A stretch of DNA of 63,653 nucleotides, counting the filler, from Octopus bimaculoides (taxonomy: Eukaryota), in the NCBI RefSeq assembly GCF_001194135.2. It is 6 parts of 5 records of this genome, joined end to end, with 100 filler letters (N's around TTAATTAATTAA, not from the genome) between each part and the next. Parts side by side here need not be neighbours in the genome. Positions count along the whole stretch, not along the records: positions 1 to 22,505 come from NC_068981.1; positions 22,606 to 34,524 come from NC_069008.1; 4 more parts are not named here. One strand, given 5' to 3'. The position numbers were made by a program, and so were the translations under genes. The number at the start of each line of letters is the position of its first letter. Within the stretch, counting starts at the first letter, position 1. The notes under the pieces were generated by a model. That model had not been told where the DNA came from and did not search any database. It saw nothing but the letters and a program-made list of their open reading frames with translations. This document shows positions 12,911 to 25,814 of the stretch, piece by piece.

Positions 12911-13269
12911 TCAGCATCTGTATTCATAGGTAATAAACATAAAGAATGACAGTATAAACAAGTAATAATCAAGTATAACCAACAACGCAGTTTCCAACCG
13001 ACTACTTCCAACACAAGGAATAGTAGCATATTTTTTTCTTAACACGTCTAGGCAAGTACAGATGCAAATTTTGTTGGTCGCTGCAGCGTACGTCATAGAA
13101 TAACTCCCTCCTTTTAAGGACGACATTTCAACAAACTTGGCTGAGTGGCGCGTGGCATTCTGAGACATCGGCGCTTCTACATTCTGTGTCTTGTCAGCCT
13201 GAATTAAACGGAACTCTGAGCCTAGATTTACAGAATGCCATTCGACAGTGAACGAGTTTGTTGAACACA
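12911..13269 (-). CDS. Putative coding exon (xCSTNSFTVEWHSVNLGSEFRLIQ...LKGGSYSMTYAAATNKICICTC...), possibly an extracellular beta-sandwich module; 3' boundary uncertain
   Basis: TTATTTTTACAACAACAG| acceptor, phase 1; ~119 stop-free codons while the other two minus frames close early; non-repetitive. Confidence 0.4.
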
Positions 13270-13817
13270 CTGTTGTTGTAAAAATAAGATGTTATTTTCA
13301 TATGATATACCCTACAGCTACCAGCATGTTTTGTATCTGAACCTTCCTAGACATATTAAAAATAAATACGCTAATATTCGTTCTTGGTCTAGTTTTACGC
13401 GTGAAAATAATGACATTTTAGTTTCAGCATAATTTTACTGAACAATCAAGAAAATGTCTCTACTATACTTTCCTATGTAAATTCATTGTTTACAATTTTA
13501 CTTTCCTTCCAACTTACTCCATGCTCTCTATTTTACCACTACTTGCCCTTTATAAACTTTCTCTCGACGCTAAAATAAAATATCCACAGATATTTGCTTC
13601 ATATCACGACATACACAAATACACGACACCTACTGTGCCGTATTTGTCGTACTAAGATAATGCAGCAGCATCAACGCAAAGTAAATTCACATCAAGTTGC
13701 AGCCAATTATATTTTACAAAGAAACCGAGAAAGGGCAACGTAGAGCCAACGCTCAGATATCCTAATGTAACAAACGAGTTATAGATTTTATTGTTTTACA
13801 TATATACTATGTATAGT

Positions 13818-14000
13818 GTGAAGGCTGCAGCTTAGGAGTTAGAGTAATGGACTCGTGATCGTAAAATTGTTGTTTCGATTCCTGGACCGGACGATGATTT
13901 GTGTTCCTGAAAAAAACACATTCTGTCATGCTGCTCCAGTTCACTCAACAGGGACAAATGAGTAACCATGTGACGGCTCGCCGTCCTGTCCTGTGGTGGA
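13818..14000 (+). mobile_element. SINE family C, degenerate
   Basis: GTTTCGATTCCTGGACCGG B box and GCTCCAGTTCACTCAA...AAATGAGTAA body as in 27933-28195. Confidence 0.7.
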
Positions 14001-14131
14001 GTGTATGAAACAGAATCCAAGAAAGCATCCTTATGAAAGATCTTCGATCTATTTGATATGTATAGTCATATTTATTGCAAGTCACTCTTTTATATGTATA
14101 TTTTTCGGCTTAACCTGGAAAGTAAAGTGAT

Positions 14132-14335
14132 TACTCTTTTACATGTTTCAATCATTTCTCTGCGGCCATGCTGGAGGACCACCTTTGGTCGAACACATCT
14201 ACCTCAGGACTTATTCTATGTAAGCCTAGTACTTATTCTATCGGTTTCTTTTGCCGAAGTTTCGGGTACATAAACACACCAACATCAGCTGTCAAATGAT
14301 GGTGGGGTGGACAAACACAGACACAACGATACACA

Positions 14336-14390
<55 letters not shown>

Positions 14391-14513
14391 GACGGGTCTC
14401 TTTCAGTTTCCGCCTACTAAATCCACTCGCAGTGCTTTTGTCGGCCCGAGGCTATAGTAGAAGACTTTTGCCCAAGGTGCCATGCTGTGGGACTGAACTC
14501 TGTGGTTGGGAGC
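14132..14513 (-). mobile_element. SINE family A, head-truncated
   Basis: Reverse complement of the family A body including the internal (TA)n. Confidence 0.85.
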
Positions 14514-17512
14514 CATATTTATAGTGGGCAGTATATCTTTGTCAATCATGATATATTTTGTTTTCTTACCATTTATCATTTATCAAGTCTCAGTTTTCAT
14601 ATACACTTTGCACTACATTGATAATCTTCGCGGGAAGCTGTTGGATCATAGTATAAGAAATATCGCTCTGTGGTTAATACACTCCAATGCATTCATGAAA
14701 TCAATAAATACCATCACAATAGATTTACACCATTTTATACTGCTCTCTTAGTGAGCTTAAACAAATGTATTCGGGATGGTTGGAAAGCATTTCCTATTGT
14801 GAGCAAATAGCTGTCAATCACTGATACATATTACAGCTAATAAAATGCTGTTTAAGAATTTGGCAGCATGTTTCATGAATAGGTTGTTCATGTTTTGGCA
14901 GTTTTCTTTGTTTGATAGTAATGACAATAATCGAATACTATTCATCTGGTGCAATACAGCTTTCAGTATTTAATTACAAGCTTTCAGGATGATTCTTGTC
15001 AGATTTCTTCACCATAATTGACTGCTTCACTGAACATTGTTATATTTCCATTATAAGTAGCATTTTTTTTTTTATTCGTGTGAGCAAGGGTTTTGTTACA
15101 TTTTGCAATTCATAAACCATAGCAGATTCAATGCATATCGTTCGTACTGCCTGAGTAAAGTGTGTATAGTATACTGTATGAAATGTAGTGGTTACGGATG
15201 ATCACTGCGATAGGAACGTTCGGCAGTATACTTTCTATACCGTAAACCATTCCTTATCACAAGGATCTTTACTCTGCATGTCACTCGAAATTTGTTCCTA
15301 TTCGCTTCACCTGATAAGGAAATTAAGTGTCCCTAAATTTCTATATCCACATTAAATGAAAGATGAGAATAGTTGGGTAAATTGATACGGTTAATGTTTA
15401 TGTTCAGTTTTCCAATGTCAATTATTTGAAAGGAAATAGAAAGAGGCATTTTTGGTGGAATAGGAATGAGTGTGTGCGCTTTGTATGGATCTGTGGTATG
15501 AAGCAGAGAAATGTCGGGAGTTTAAAGATAGCTGAGATATGTACACTTAGCTGGAATTACTATTTAATTATGCATTTTTCGGGGTAAATAGTGTTGTATC
15601 AACGATTAAAGTATAGAAATAAGTATGTGGTAGCATACAGTATTCTAAATAACCAGCAGTTCTGTCACACTTTCCTTTCTATATTTTTTAAATATCTCTC
15701 AGTCAAGTTTTCTCACTTGCTAACCTNNNNNNNNNNNNNNNNNNNNNNNNNNNNNNNNNNNNNNNNNNNNNNNNNNNNNNNNNNNNNNNNNNNNNNNNNN
15801 NNNNNNNNNNNNNNNNNNNNNNNNNNNNNNNNNNNNNNNNNNNNNNNNNNNNNNNNNNNNNNNNNNNNNNNNNNNNNNNCTAATTCTGATGTTTTATTCT
15901 TTCTTTATAAATTTGTCAGAGGATGTAGCCAGTGCCTACTCTATAAACAGATAATCCCAGATTTATATTATTGATGCGGTTGATGTTCAGTTTGCAAATA
16001 TATAGATGAAGGAGAAAAAAGTGAAGCAAATGACAATGTAAAAATTCCATTTCTTTTGGGAATGAATTTGAAAAACATGTTTTAATCTAATTACTAAGAC
16101 ACACTACGAGGGATAGCACAAAAAAGACTGGTTAGACTGGTGGAGGAGGAGGTCACGCTGCTCGATGTTTCAGATCACAGACTGTGGTAGTAACACCACA
16201 AGGGACAGAGATAAGAACAGTACGCCAGTGATCCAATCAGTCGGTGTACATGTTGCCTAAGTGACTATTTTGTTATCTGTCGAATGGCAGACACGGTCGA
16301 ATGCGTCCTTGGATATAGGCAGAGATATTGTGTAAGCGTATACGAACAACAGCATATTAAATACAAAAGTAGTAATCCAATGACGGTCATATTTCAAATT
16401 TCGACAGAGTAATCAGTTGATTAAAGCTAAAACATTTTCCGGTCTTAGAAACTGGGATTAAGTTTCGGTGTTGTTTTAGACACACACACAGACACACAGG
16501 CTGGCAAGCAAAAGCGTCACAGGTTGTTAAATTCAAAATGTAAAGGGAATACGGGGCATTTTAATGCGTTATTCGTTTATCTGGAAAGTTAGATTATATT
16601 AATGAGTATAGTGACTATATGTTCGTGTTGACGCCGGAGTTAAGATGCGTAGCTCTGTAATTAAAATGTTGTGTTCGCGATAATTATGCCGCAAGTTCAG
16701 TTCTTGAGTGAGGACCAGAATTGTATCCATGATCTTGGCATTTCCTCTCGCGTTTCACTCAACTTGAAATGAGTACCAGCTGAATGTCACCGCGGCTATC
16801 TTCCCTCCCTCTCTCCCTCTCTCTCTCTCTCCCTCTCTCTCTATCTCCCTCTCTCTATCACCCACACCTTTCTCTTTCTCTTCATCTCTCCCTCTCTCTC
16901 TCCCTCTCACGTCTCTCACTCTCTCACTAGGCATTACATCTTGAATGTGCGGCAGAGCCAGAGGAGAGGAAGAGTCGATAGGGTATTCATCTATGCTAAA
17001 CGCTACATAAGCCACCAAAACAACAAGCGAAAGTCTGTTTCATGTCGCCAAGCGCCTATACGCAAGCGTATAGGCCTGACTCTTTAGTGCTGAAGGAGAC
17101 TATGTTCTTATTAAACGATGGAAGGATGAGAAAAGGTCATTCGGTTTTGGAAATAGTACAGCTCTGTCTAAATTCAGCTGGCATGTACATGATGCTTGTG
17201 TACGGAATCGGAATAAATGGTCCTGGTTTAATTTACATAGATCTATTCTCTAGCTATTTACTTCTACGTTGGGAGTAAAATTCAGAGAAAGTTATAACAT
17301 ACAATTGAAATAGTAATTAATTCATTCGCAGATGCATGCTGACATTGTTGTAAATATATGCATATCATGACATTCTATTTAAATGCTTCAACATGAACAC
17401 ATACACTTACATGTGCAATGAAATATATATGTGCATATATACGCACATATAGGTATACACGGACACACACACATATACACAAAGACAACATGTATCTTTG
17501 TATGGTTATATA

Positions 17513-17545
<33 letters not shown>

Positions 17546-17814
17546 ACATGCATGTATGTATACATGCATGTATGCATGCATGTATAGAGAGTTTGATGGG
17601 TAAATAGTCGCCATTTTATATTTTTAATTTCACGCATGCTCAATTTTGATTTTGTCGACTGCACAATATAGTAGGATCAGTTAGGCATCGTCTGTGAGAA
17701 AAACAGAACCATGACACAATTCACTCTGCCAGAAATTTGGAAACCACACGCTGTACTGCTTAGCATTCATGTCGGAAGCTCCAATACGAACATAAAGTGT
17801 TTGTGTGTCAATCT

Positions 17815-18462
17815 GAGGACAGAGCAATCTGAAGACATGTACCAAGACCGATAAAATCAAACATCCAGTCAACATCATGGGATTTCGATTGATCACTAGT
17901 GATGGCAACGTTATGCTTCTATTCATCTTTCCACACAACCTCCCACTCAAACACGGAGGCCTACATCAAGTGCCTGGATGAAGAGAGTGCTGCCCTGGGT
18001 CAAGAGGGTAGCTGCTGGAAGACACTGTCTGGCTACAGGACTCTGCCCCGTGCCACACAAGCAGGAGAACTCAGTCATGACTGTCAAATAATTTCTGCGA
18101 CTACATCAGCCCTAACATCTGGCCACCTAACTCCCCAAACTACAACCCTCTTGATTATTACATGCTGGGCACAGTTAAGCGAGAGACCAATAAAACTCCT
18201 TGTAACACTAAAGATGAACTAAAGGCAAGGATTATGGCAGCATCCACTAACTTAAACAAAGAGAACGTCCAAAAGAGTTGCAGGAGATTCCGAAGTCGTC
18301 GGGTGGAGGGAGTTAAAGTCAGTGGCGATTTTATTGAATAACTATACACTTCAGTATTTCAAAATATTTTTATATAATTTTGATAAATATATCTGTTAAA
18401 ATGAGATGTCAGTGTTATTTTCACTTTTGCGGAAATTAGACGACAACTTATTCACTGCACGT

Positions 18463-18466
<4 letters not shown>
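17815..18466 (+). mobile_element. Tc1/mariner (maT-like) transposase pseudogene, 3' half with right TIR
   Basis: KHPVNIM..LITSDGNVM..TEAYIKCL..WVKRVAAGR..QDSAPCHTSRRTQ..IWPPNSP.YNPLDYY..DFIE* with frameshifts; stop at 18339-18341; terminal CACTGCACGTTG+TA. Confidence 0.85.
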
Positions 18467-18504
<38 letters not shown>

Positions 18505-18647
18505 TATGTGTGCGTGCGTGTGTGTCTTTGTGTGTATGTGTGCGTGCGTGTTTATGTGTGTGTATACATATATATATATACTTATATATACATATGTATA
18601 TACATACACATACACACATTTATATACATGCATACACACACGTGTGT

Positions 18648-19944
18648 ATAAATAATGCGGTTTTTTTATACTTCTCTTATTTTTCAAAATTAAGATAAAG
18701 TTCTTTTTTAATCTATAATATACTCTCCTTCATTTTCTACAATGCTCTTCCATCTATCTGGTAGATTGCAAAGCCCCTCTTCCAAAATTCACTTGTCTGT
18801 GACGAAAAATACTCCTCCAGTATTGTTCTGACCTCATCTACAAAATTCATATTTTATCCATCCAAATGATTTTGAAGGATGCGAAATAGATAGTAATCAG
18901 GTGAAGAAATGTCTGACGAATATTGTGGGTGGGGCATGGTTTTCCATTCACAGCCTTTCGAATGTTATGCTCGCAGTATGTGGCCCAACATTATCCCGAT
19001 GGAAGAACACCTTTCGTCTTGAAACCAAAGATGTTCGTTTCTCTTGTAGGACTGACTTAAGTCGCTCAAGCCGCTCGCAATAAATCTTTTTATGTTATTG
19101 TTTGGTTTGAATTTAAAAGTTTAAAGTGAATTAAACCTTTCATATCCCACAAAAGAGATAACAACATGTTATGTGGGCGAAGACCTTCTTTAGCCAAGAG
19201 TGCCGGTGTTTCTCCTTTCCCTACCCACTGTCTGCGGCGCTTGACATTTTTATAGAGAACCCATTTATCATTGCCAGTCACTATTCAATTCAGAAAAGCT
19301 TTATTCTTGAGACTTGATAGCAAAGAAGAGTACACATTCACTCTCGAATTTGTGAGGAACTTATTGATCCAACTTGCTGACTTTGTTGATAGCACGCAGG
19401 TGTCGATGAATGGTTGACTGTCCAAATCCGAGCTTCTCTGCTAGTTCCTTAACAGCTACAATAGGATTTTGTCCCCCCCCCCATCAGNNNNNNNNNNTAC
19501 AATAGGATTTTGTCCCCCCCCCCATCAGGGTTTGCAGGACGCCCTCGTCGAGCTCCACAGATCTTCAAGGACGTAGCTCGTCTTCTAGGTTGTAGTTTCT
19601 GGCTCGAAATTTCTTGGACCACCATTGACACTGGCTTACGCTTATTGTCCGATCTTCATATACTGCATTAATATTCCTGGCATTTTGCGTTGCGTCGTTG
19701 CCTTTATTGAATTCCTAAAGCAAAATATGGCGAATATGCTCCTTTGTCACTTCCATTATAGCTTTGAAAAAGTAACTGTTAAAATCGAACTGCACTCTTC
19801 AAAACGTGCACTAAGAATAAGTTCAAGGTAAAAACACTACCTTCTTTTATAGCAAATTGATGCAGGTAGTTTATCCCACCCATCCTATGTTTTTTAGTTC
19901 ATGCAACTGAAAAAAAACTGCATTATTTGTGCGAAGACCCAATA
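18648..19944 (-). mobile_element. Mariner (DD34D-type) element, nearly full length; transposase pseudogene 19756-18708
   Basis: MEVTKEHIRHILL..WWSKKFR (HTH); VSKLDQ*VPHK (WVPHxL); TGNDKWVLYKNVKRR; HRDNVGPH; HPQYSSDISSPDYYLF (YSPDL motif); TIR TTGGGTCTTCGCACAAATAATGCAGTTTTT, partly mirrored at 18648-18667; stops and frameshifts. Confidence 0.9.
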
Positions 19945-20066
19945 TATACAAATGTATAGTTATATGTGATCATTTATATAAACACATGCACACACACGCA
20001 CACAAACACATATATATGTGTGTGTGTGTATTTAAATATATATATGTGTACGCACCCACCCATATA

Positions 20067-20082
20067 CAGATAGATAGCTAGC

Positions 20083-20160
<78 letters not shown>

Positions 20161-20161
20161 T
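20067..20161. repeat. (GATA)n microsatellite
   Basis: Direct reading. Confidence 0.95.
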
Positions 20162-20504
20162 ATAGAATATGAAATGTCAGGAAAACAAATGGGAAGGAAC
20201 GGCAAATATCGCCCTTATATATTTCAACTGAGAAATATTGCTTACATATAGGCTGAGTGTGAGTATGTCACCATAAATTACTGACTAGGGAAAAGAATGC
20301 ATTTCAGAGGAAATAATTCATACCCTAATGCATTGAATGTCGATCAATACAGACAAGAAGAAAATATCATCACTGATCACATTTATTCATATGCAGCATG
20401 TGCGTACACATTTATACATGTGCATAGGTATCAAATATATATATACAAGCATCTACATTCGAAAATATACATATGTGTGTGTGTGTGAATATTAATGTAT
20501 TTAC

Positions 20505-20913
20505 GGCGCGGGAGTGGTTGTGTGGTAAGTAGCTTACTTACCAACCACATGGTTCTGGGTTCAGTCCCACTGCGTGGCACCATGGGCAAGTGTCTTCTGC
20601 TATAGCCTCGGGCTGACCAAAGCCTTGTGAGTGGATTTTGGTAGACGGAAACTGAAAGAAGCCCGTCGTATATATGTATATATATATATGTATGTGTGTA
20701 TGTGTTTTTATGTCTGTGTTTGTCCCCCCAACATCGCTTGACAACCGATGGTGGTGTATTTATGTCCCCGTAACTTAGCGGTTCGGCAAAATAACCCGAT
20801 AGAATAAGTACTAGGCTTCCAAAGAATAAGTCCTGCGGTCGATTTGCTCGACTAAAGGCGGTGCTCCAGCCTGGCCGCAGTCAAATGACTGAAACAAGTA
20901 AAAGAGTAAAGAG
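20505..20913 (+). mobile_element. SINE family A, full length
   Basis: GGCGCGGGAGTGGTTGTGTGG head through to the AAAAGAG tail. Confidence 0.9.
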
Positions 20914-21269
20914 TATATGTATAGCTGGGTCGCCAAAATTCCAGTGAGAACAGCGGTGGTTGTGTGATTGTCTTGTTCAAAAACGGCTGTGGGTGGCATC
21001 CCTTTGAGTTAGTATATATAGTTAAAAGTAGTGAGAAAAGACAAACAATTAGGCAATGCAAGACAAGGAGATTTAATTTGATTTAATTCAATCTTATTTA
21101 GCAACACAATGAATGTTAAAAATAGTACAAAATCTTTACTATTTTGTACTATTTTTACCATTCGTTATGTAGCTAAATTTAGGTTGAATTACACACAAAT
21201 GTGCGCGCGCGCACACACACACATACACAAACAAACAGAGAAACATACACACACGAGCACATACATATA

Positions 21270-21652
21270 TTCTTTTAGTTGTTTCAGTCATTTGACTGCG
21301 GCCATGCTGGAGTATCACTTTCAGTCAAACGAATCGACCCCCAGGACTTATTCTTATCGTGTTTTCTGCCGAACCGCTAAGTTGCGGGAACATAAACGCA
21401 CCAGCATCGGTTGTCAAGCGATGTTGGAGGACCGACACAAACACACAAGCATATACATATATATATATATATGCATACATATATATATATATGCTACGGG
21501 CTTCTTTCAGTTTCCATCTACCATATCCACTCACAGAGCTTTGGTCGTCCCGAGGCTAAAGTAGAAGACACTTGCCCAAGGTGCTATGCAGTGGAACTGA
21601 TCCCGGATTCATGTGGTTGGTAAGCAAGATTCGTACCACACAGCTACTCCTA
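21270..21652 (-). mobile_element. SINE family A, with a short internal deletion between ACTTATTCT direct repeats
   Basis: Comparison with 20505-20913. Confidence 0.85.
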
Positions 21653-21707
21653 TGTATATATATATGTGTGTGTATATGTAGCTACTGTCATACATGCATA
21701 TACATAT

Positions 21708-21912
21708 GGTACTCTCTGCCTGTTACGACGACGAGTGTTTCCAGTTGATCCCATCAACGGACAGCTTACTCGTGAAATTAATGTGCATGTGGCTGAGCAC
21801 TCCACAAACACCTGTACCCTTAACGTACTCTTCAGGGAGATTCAGGGTGACGCAGTGTGTGACAAGGCTGGTCCTTTGAAATGCAGGTACTACTCATTTT
21901 TGCCAGCTGAGT
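21708..21912 (-). mobile_element. SINE 3' fragment: family C body fused to family D tail
   Basis: ACTCATTTTTGCCAGCTGAGT (C body) contiguous with TGACAAGGCTGGTCCTTTGAAAT..GTGAAATTAA (D tail). Confidence 0.7.
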
Positions 21913-22472
21913 ATAATATATGTATATAATATTTTAGTTAATTATAAAAGTTTGTAAATTATGAAAAGATTACTGCTGAAGTGAAAGTTCAGCTGTTTTA
22001 AACATATGTCCACATGAATATATCAAAATGTTCATATCAGTTAATATTTATGAAAAAAAAAAGGTTTGATACAAAACAAAAGAAAAATCTATGAACTAAA
22101 TATCACTTAATTGCTGACTGATAGAGGCAGTACACCATTAGTCACAAAAGTCCACTTTATATCTCAGCATTTGCTTTTATTTTCATTTTCATTTCAAATT
22201 TTAACTCGTATCTTGTTCGTTGAAGTATAACCTTACTTCCATTCGTCTCTCGCATTCTTATCATTCGCATTCAGTCAAAACCACTTGTCAGACACTAACC
22301 AAATAACCAAGATCTTTTGCACAAGAACTTTGCCTTGAACTATTCAGTATTGTACGGCACGCACATGCGCTCACGCTCACACACGTTAACTATACATATA
22401 CATATATTCTTTATGAGTCTATATATGTATAGCTTTATATACATGTTTGCTTGAATATGTACACACACACAC

Positions 22473-22505
<33 letters not shown>

Positions 22506-22605
22506 NNNNNNNNNNNNNNNNNNNNNNNNNNNNNNNNNNNNNNNNNNNNTTAATTAATTAANNNNNNNNNNNNNNNNNNNNNNNNNNNNNNNNNNNNNNN
22601 NNNNN
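22506..22605. other. Artificial 100-bp scaffold spacer N44-TTAATTAATTAA-N44 (also 34525-34624, 44992-45091, 57597-57696, 61814-61913)
   Basis: Identical 44+12+44 layout five times; the 12-mer puts stop codons in all six frames. Confidence 0.95.
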
Positions 22606-22879
22606 CCCCCCCCCCTCTCTCTCTCTCCAAACATTCTGCTCATATATATGAGGCTGGTAATAAAAGACTCACTCTATCTCTCTCTATATATAGAACTCTC
22701 TGTCTATCTTTGACATTGGTAACACAGAGACTTCTCTCACACACATATATGCACACACACCCTCTCTCTGTCTCTCTCTGTCTCTCTCCCACTGTCTCTC
22801 TCTCCCACTGTCTCTCTGTCTGTCTGTCTGTCTGAGTCTCTCTCTCTTACTTCATGTGATCTCCTTGTATCAACCTTCT

Positions 22880-23235
22880 TGAGAATATTTCATATAAATT
22901 TAAATCAGAACAAGTTTTAACTGTCAAAAACTACTTCACCTGTTCATCAAAAATTTGATGTATGCTCTCAAATGTAATGGATACAGAGAAGATTACATTG
23001 CACAAACCAAACACCTCCTAAGAATGAGATTAACAATACATTGACAACAAATACAAGATCCCAGAATTAGACAAATTCCATTCAGTGAACATTTGGACAT
23101 ATGTGCAATAACAATATCTCCTAAACTCTTAGTTTTGCCACTTTATCAATGTCCAGGTAATACCACAGATCAAACATGAATAAGTAAATAAAATTCATTT
23201 ATTAAAAAACATAAACTGCTGTTGAACATGCTATA
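22880..23235 (+). mobile_element. Penelope-like GIY-YIG endonuclease remnant
   Basis: FTCSSK(N)LMYALKCNGYREDYIAQTKHLLRMRLTIH*QQIQDP..FSEHLDICA..FIKKHKLLLN. Confidence 0.75.
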
Positions 23236-23236
23236 T

Positions 23237-23573
23237 GTTGTTGTTGTTGGCACTCCGTCGTGAAATTAACGTGTTAGTGGCTGAGTACTCCACAGACACA
23301 TATACACTTAACGTAGTTCTCAGGGGATATTCAGCGTGACACAGTGTGACAAGGCTGACCCTTTGAATTACAGGCACAACAGAAACAGGAAAAAAAGAGT
23401 GAGAGAAAGTTGTGGTGAAAGAGTACAGCAGGGTTCACCACCATCCCCTGCCGGAGCCTTGTGGAGCTTTAGGTGTTTTCGCTCAATAAACACAACGCCC
23501 GGTCTGGGAATCGAAACCGTGATCCTATGACCACGAGTCCGCTGCCCTAACCACAGGGCCATTGCGCCTCCAC
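23237..23573 (-). mobile_element. SINE family D (tRNA-derived head, (AAC)n tail)
   Basis: Minus strand GTGGAGGCGCAATGGCCCTGTGGTTAGGG A box and GTTTCGATTCCC B box; short deletion in the tail. Confidence 0.85.
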
Positions 23574-24357
23574 ACATGCTATAAAAACATTAACAATATA
23601 TGATTCCCCATTCACTATGAATGTCTTTAATTATAATATGAAAATCTCTGCTGATGAAAGTGAATATGCTCTTGTTTCTGCTTGGAAATGTAAGTAGGGA
23701 CATTGCTGCAGCTGGGATTGCTTGGCATGCAAGCCAATATTACAAAGCCATCTTTAAATGCTGTTATCCAAATTATACAACCTACCCACTTTAACTTTTC
23801 ATGAATTGTATATATTTACCTTTTTTAACATTCTATCTTCCTTCAAATATTCTTAAACATTACTTCATTTAAAACAAATTTCAACTCCGTATAAACTGGC
23901 GCCTCTCTTTTTAGGCGAAGTCATCAACTGTTTTATTATAAAAATTGTCCACATCTGTAAAATTGTAAAAAAAAAAGGATGAATCATTCACAACTGTTAT
24001 ATGAGGGTTGTATTTCGCAGTCCAAGAAAAATGGCTCTGCAATTTCTTGCTGAATAGTCTGCACCAATAATTTGTTTATAGTGATCAAATGTTTGTGCTG
24101 TACATCAGCTTATTCCCTCCATNNNNNNNNNNNNNNNNNNNNNNNNNNNNNNNNNNNNNNNNNNNNNNNNNNNNNNNNNNNNNNNNNNNNNNNNNNNNNN
24201 NNNNNNNNNNNNNNNNNNNNNNNNNNNNNNNNNNNNNNNNNNNNNNNNNNNNNNNNNNNNNNNNNNNNNNNNNNNNNNNNNNNNNNNNNNNNNNNNNNNN
24301 NNNNNNNNNNNNNNNNNNNNNNNNNNNNNNNNNNNNNNNNNNNNNNNNNNNNNNNNN

Positions 24358-24620
24358 GGGGGGGGGGAAGATTCAGCATGACACAGAGTGTGACAAGGCT
24401 GGCCCTTTGAAATACAGGTACAACAGAAAGAGGAAGAAAGAGTGAGAGAAAGTTGTGGTGAAAGAGTACAGCAGGGTCCGCCACCATCCCCTGCCGGAGC
24501 CTCGTGGAGCTCTAGGTGTTTTCGCTCAATAAACACTCACAACGCCCGGTCTGGGAATCGAAACTGCGATCCTACGACTGCAAGTCCGTTGCCCTAACCA
24601 CTAGGCCCTTGTGCCTCCAC
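24358..24620 (-). mobile_element. SINE family D, tail lost in a gap
   Basis: Near-identical to 23330-23573. Confidence 0.85.
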
Positions 24621-25130
24621 CTACAACACTATACATAGTATAAATTACTAAGGTAATTCTCAAAAATTCAATTAAAGCAAAAGATGTCACAAAATGCAGA
24701 GCGCGGAATGAAAACAGTGTACTAGGTTCAAAATTCCCAGACAACAAGTGAGTTCAACAGAAGACACCTCAAGAAGGCAGAAACATGCAACAGGTGAAAT
24801 ATAGAGAAAGTAACAATCAAAAGGAGGATACCATTTATAAACAGTATAAATAATATAAATTCCTCATCTCAGAAATATAGAATTGTAAATAAAAAGCTGT
24901 ACCTGTTAATTGAAACATAGAACTTTTGTGTTATTCTCTTTATAACAGATTCAGTTTTTCGGATTAAAATTTTAAGATATACTTTTCTTTGAGGGGCAAC
25001 AATATTTTGGGTTGAAGTCTTCAGAAATTCCATTTGCATAATGATAGTATGGTTGAAAAAGGGATCCACTGGTATAAAGAGCATTTATATGTATATTGTA
25101 TATCCAAGTGTGTGTGTGTGTGTGTGTATG

Positions 25131-25173
<43 letters not shown>

Positions 25174-25179
25174 GTGTAT

Positions 25180-25376
25180 AAGGGATGACCACTAGGTGGA
25201 CATCCAATATGCTAGAAAGCGGTCATTGATGACCCAACCACAAAGAGAAATAATGTTCTCCAGAAAAATTTCGCAAATTTTGTGAAATTTTTCTGGAGAA
25301 CATTATTTTTCTTTGTGGTTGGGTCGTTGATGACCTCTTTCTAGCATATAGGATGTCCACTTAGTGGTCATCCCTT
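25180..25376. repeat. Spacer-less palindrome (98-bp arms, centre 25278); possible foldback MITE
   Basis: Ungapped arm alignment by hand: 8 mismatches in 98 positions; TATA at both outer ends. Confidence 0.9.
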
Positions 25377-25732
25377 CTTATANNNNNNNNNNNNNNNNNN
25401 NNNNNNNNNNNNNNNNNNNNNNNNNNNNNNNNNNNNNNNNNNNNNNNNNNNNNNNNNNNNNNNNNNNNNNNNNNNNNNNNNNNNNNNNNNNNNNNNNNNN
25501 NNNNNNNNNNNNNNNNNNNNNNNNNNNNNNNNNNNNNNNNNNNNNNNNNNNNNNNNNNNNNNNNNNNNNNNNNNNNNNNNNNNNNNNNNNNNNNNNNNNN
25601 NNNNNNNNNNNNNNNNNNNNNNNNNNNNNNNNNNNNNNNNNNNNTTTTCAGATTTTTTTATATGCTAGGCCACTTGGTTTTAAATTGAATTAATATTCAA
25701 TTTATCACCCTATGTTTATATATATAATAATT

Positions 25733-25764
<32 letters not shown>

Positions 25765-25814
25765 GCCACTAAAACCTTTTCATTTTCTGTCCCTCCTTAT
25801 TTCTGTGTTTCTTT

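Noticed and set aside
19457-19528. 31-bp direct duplication inside the mariner
   Set aside because: Exact copy on both sides of a 10-N gap: an unmerged contig overlap.
22550-22561. TTAATTAATTAA as a homeobox or regulatory site
   Set aside because: It always sits in the centre of 44+44 Ns, so it is synthetic.
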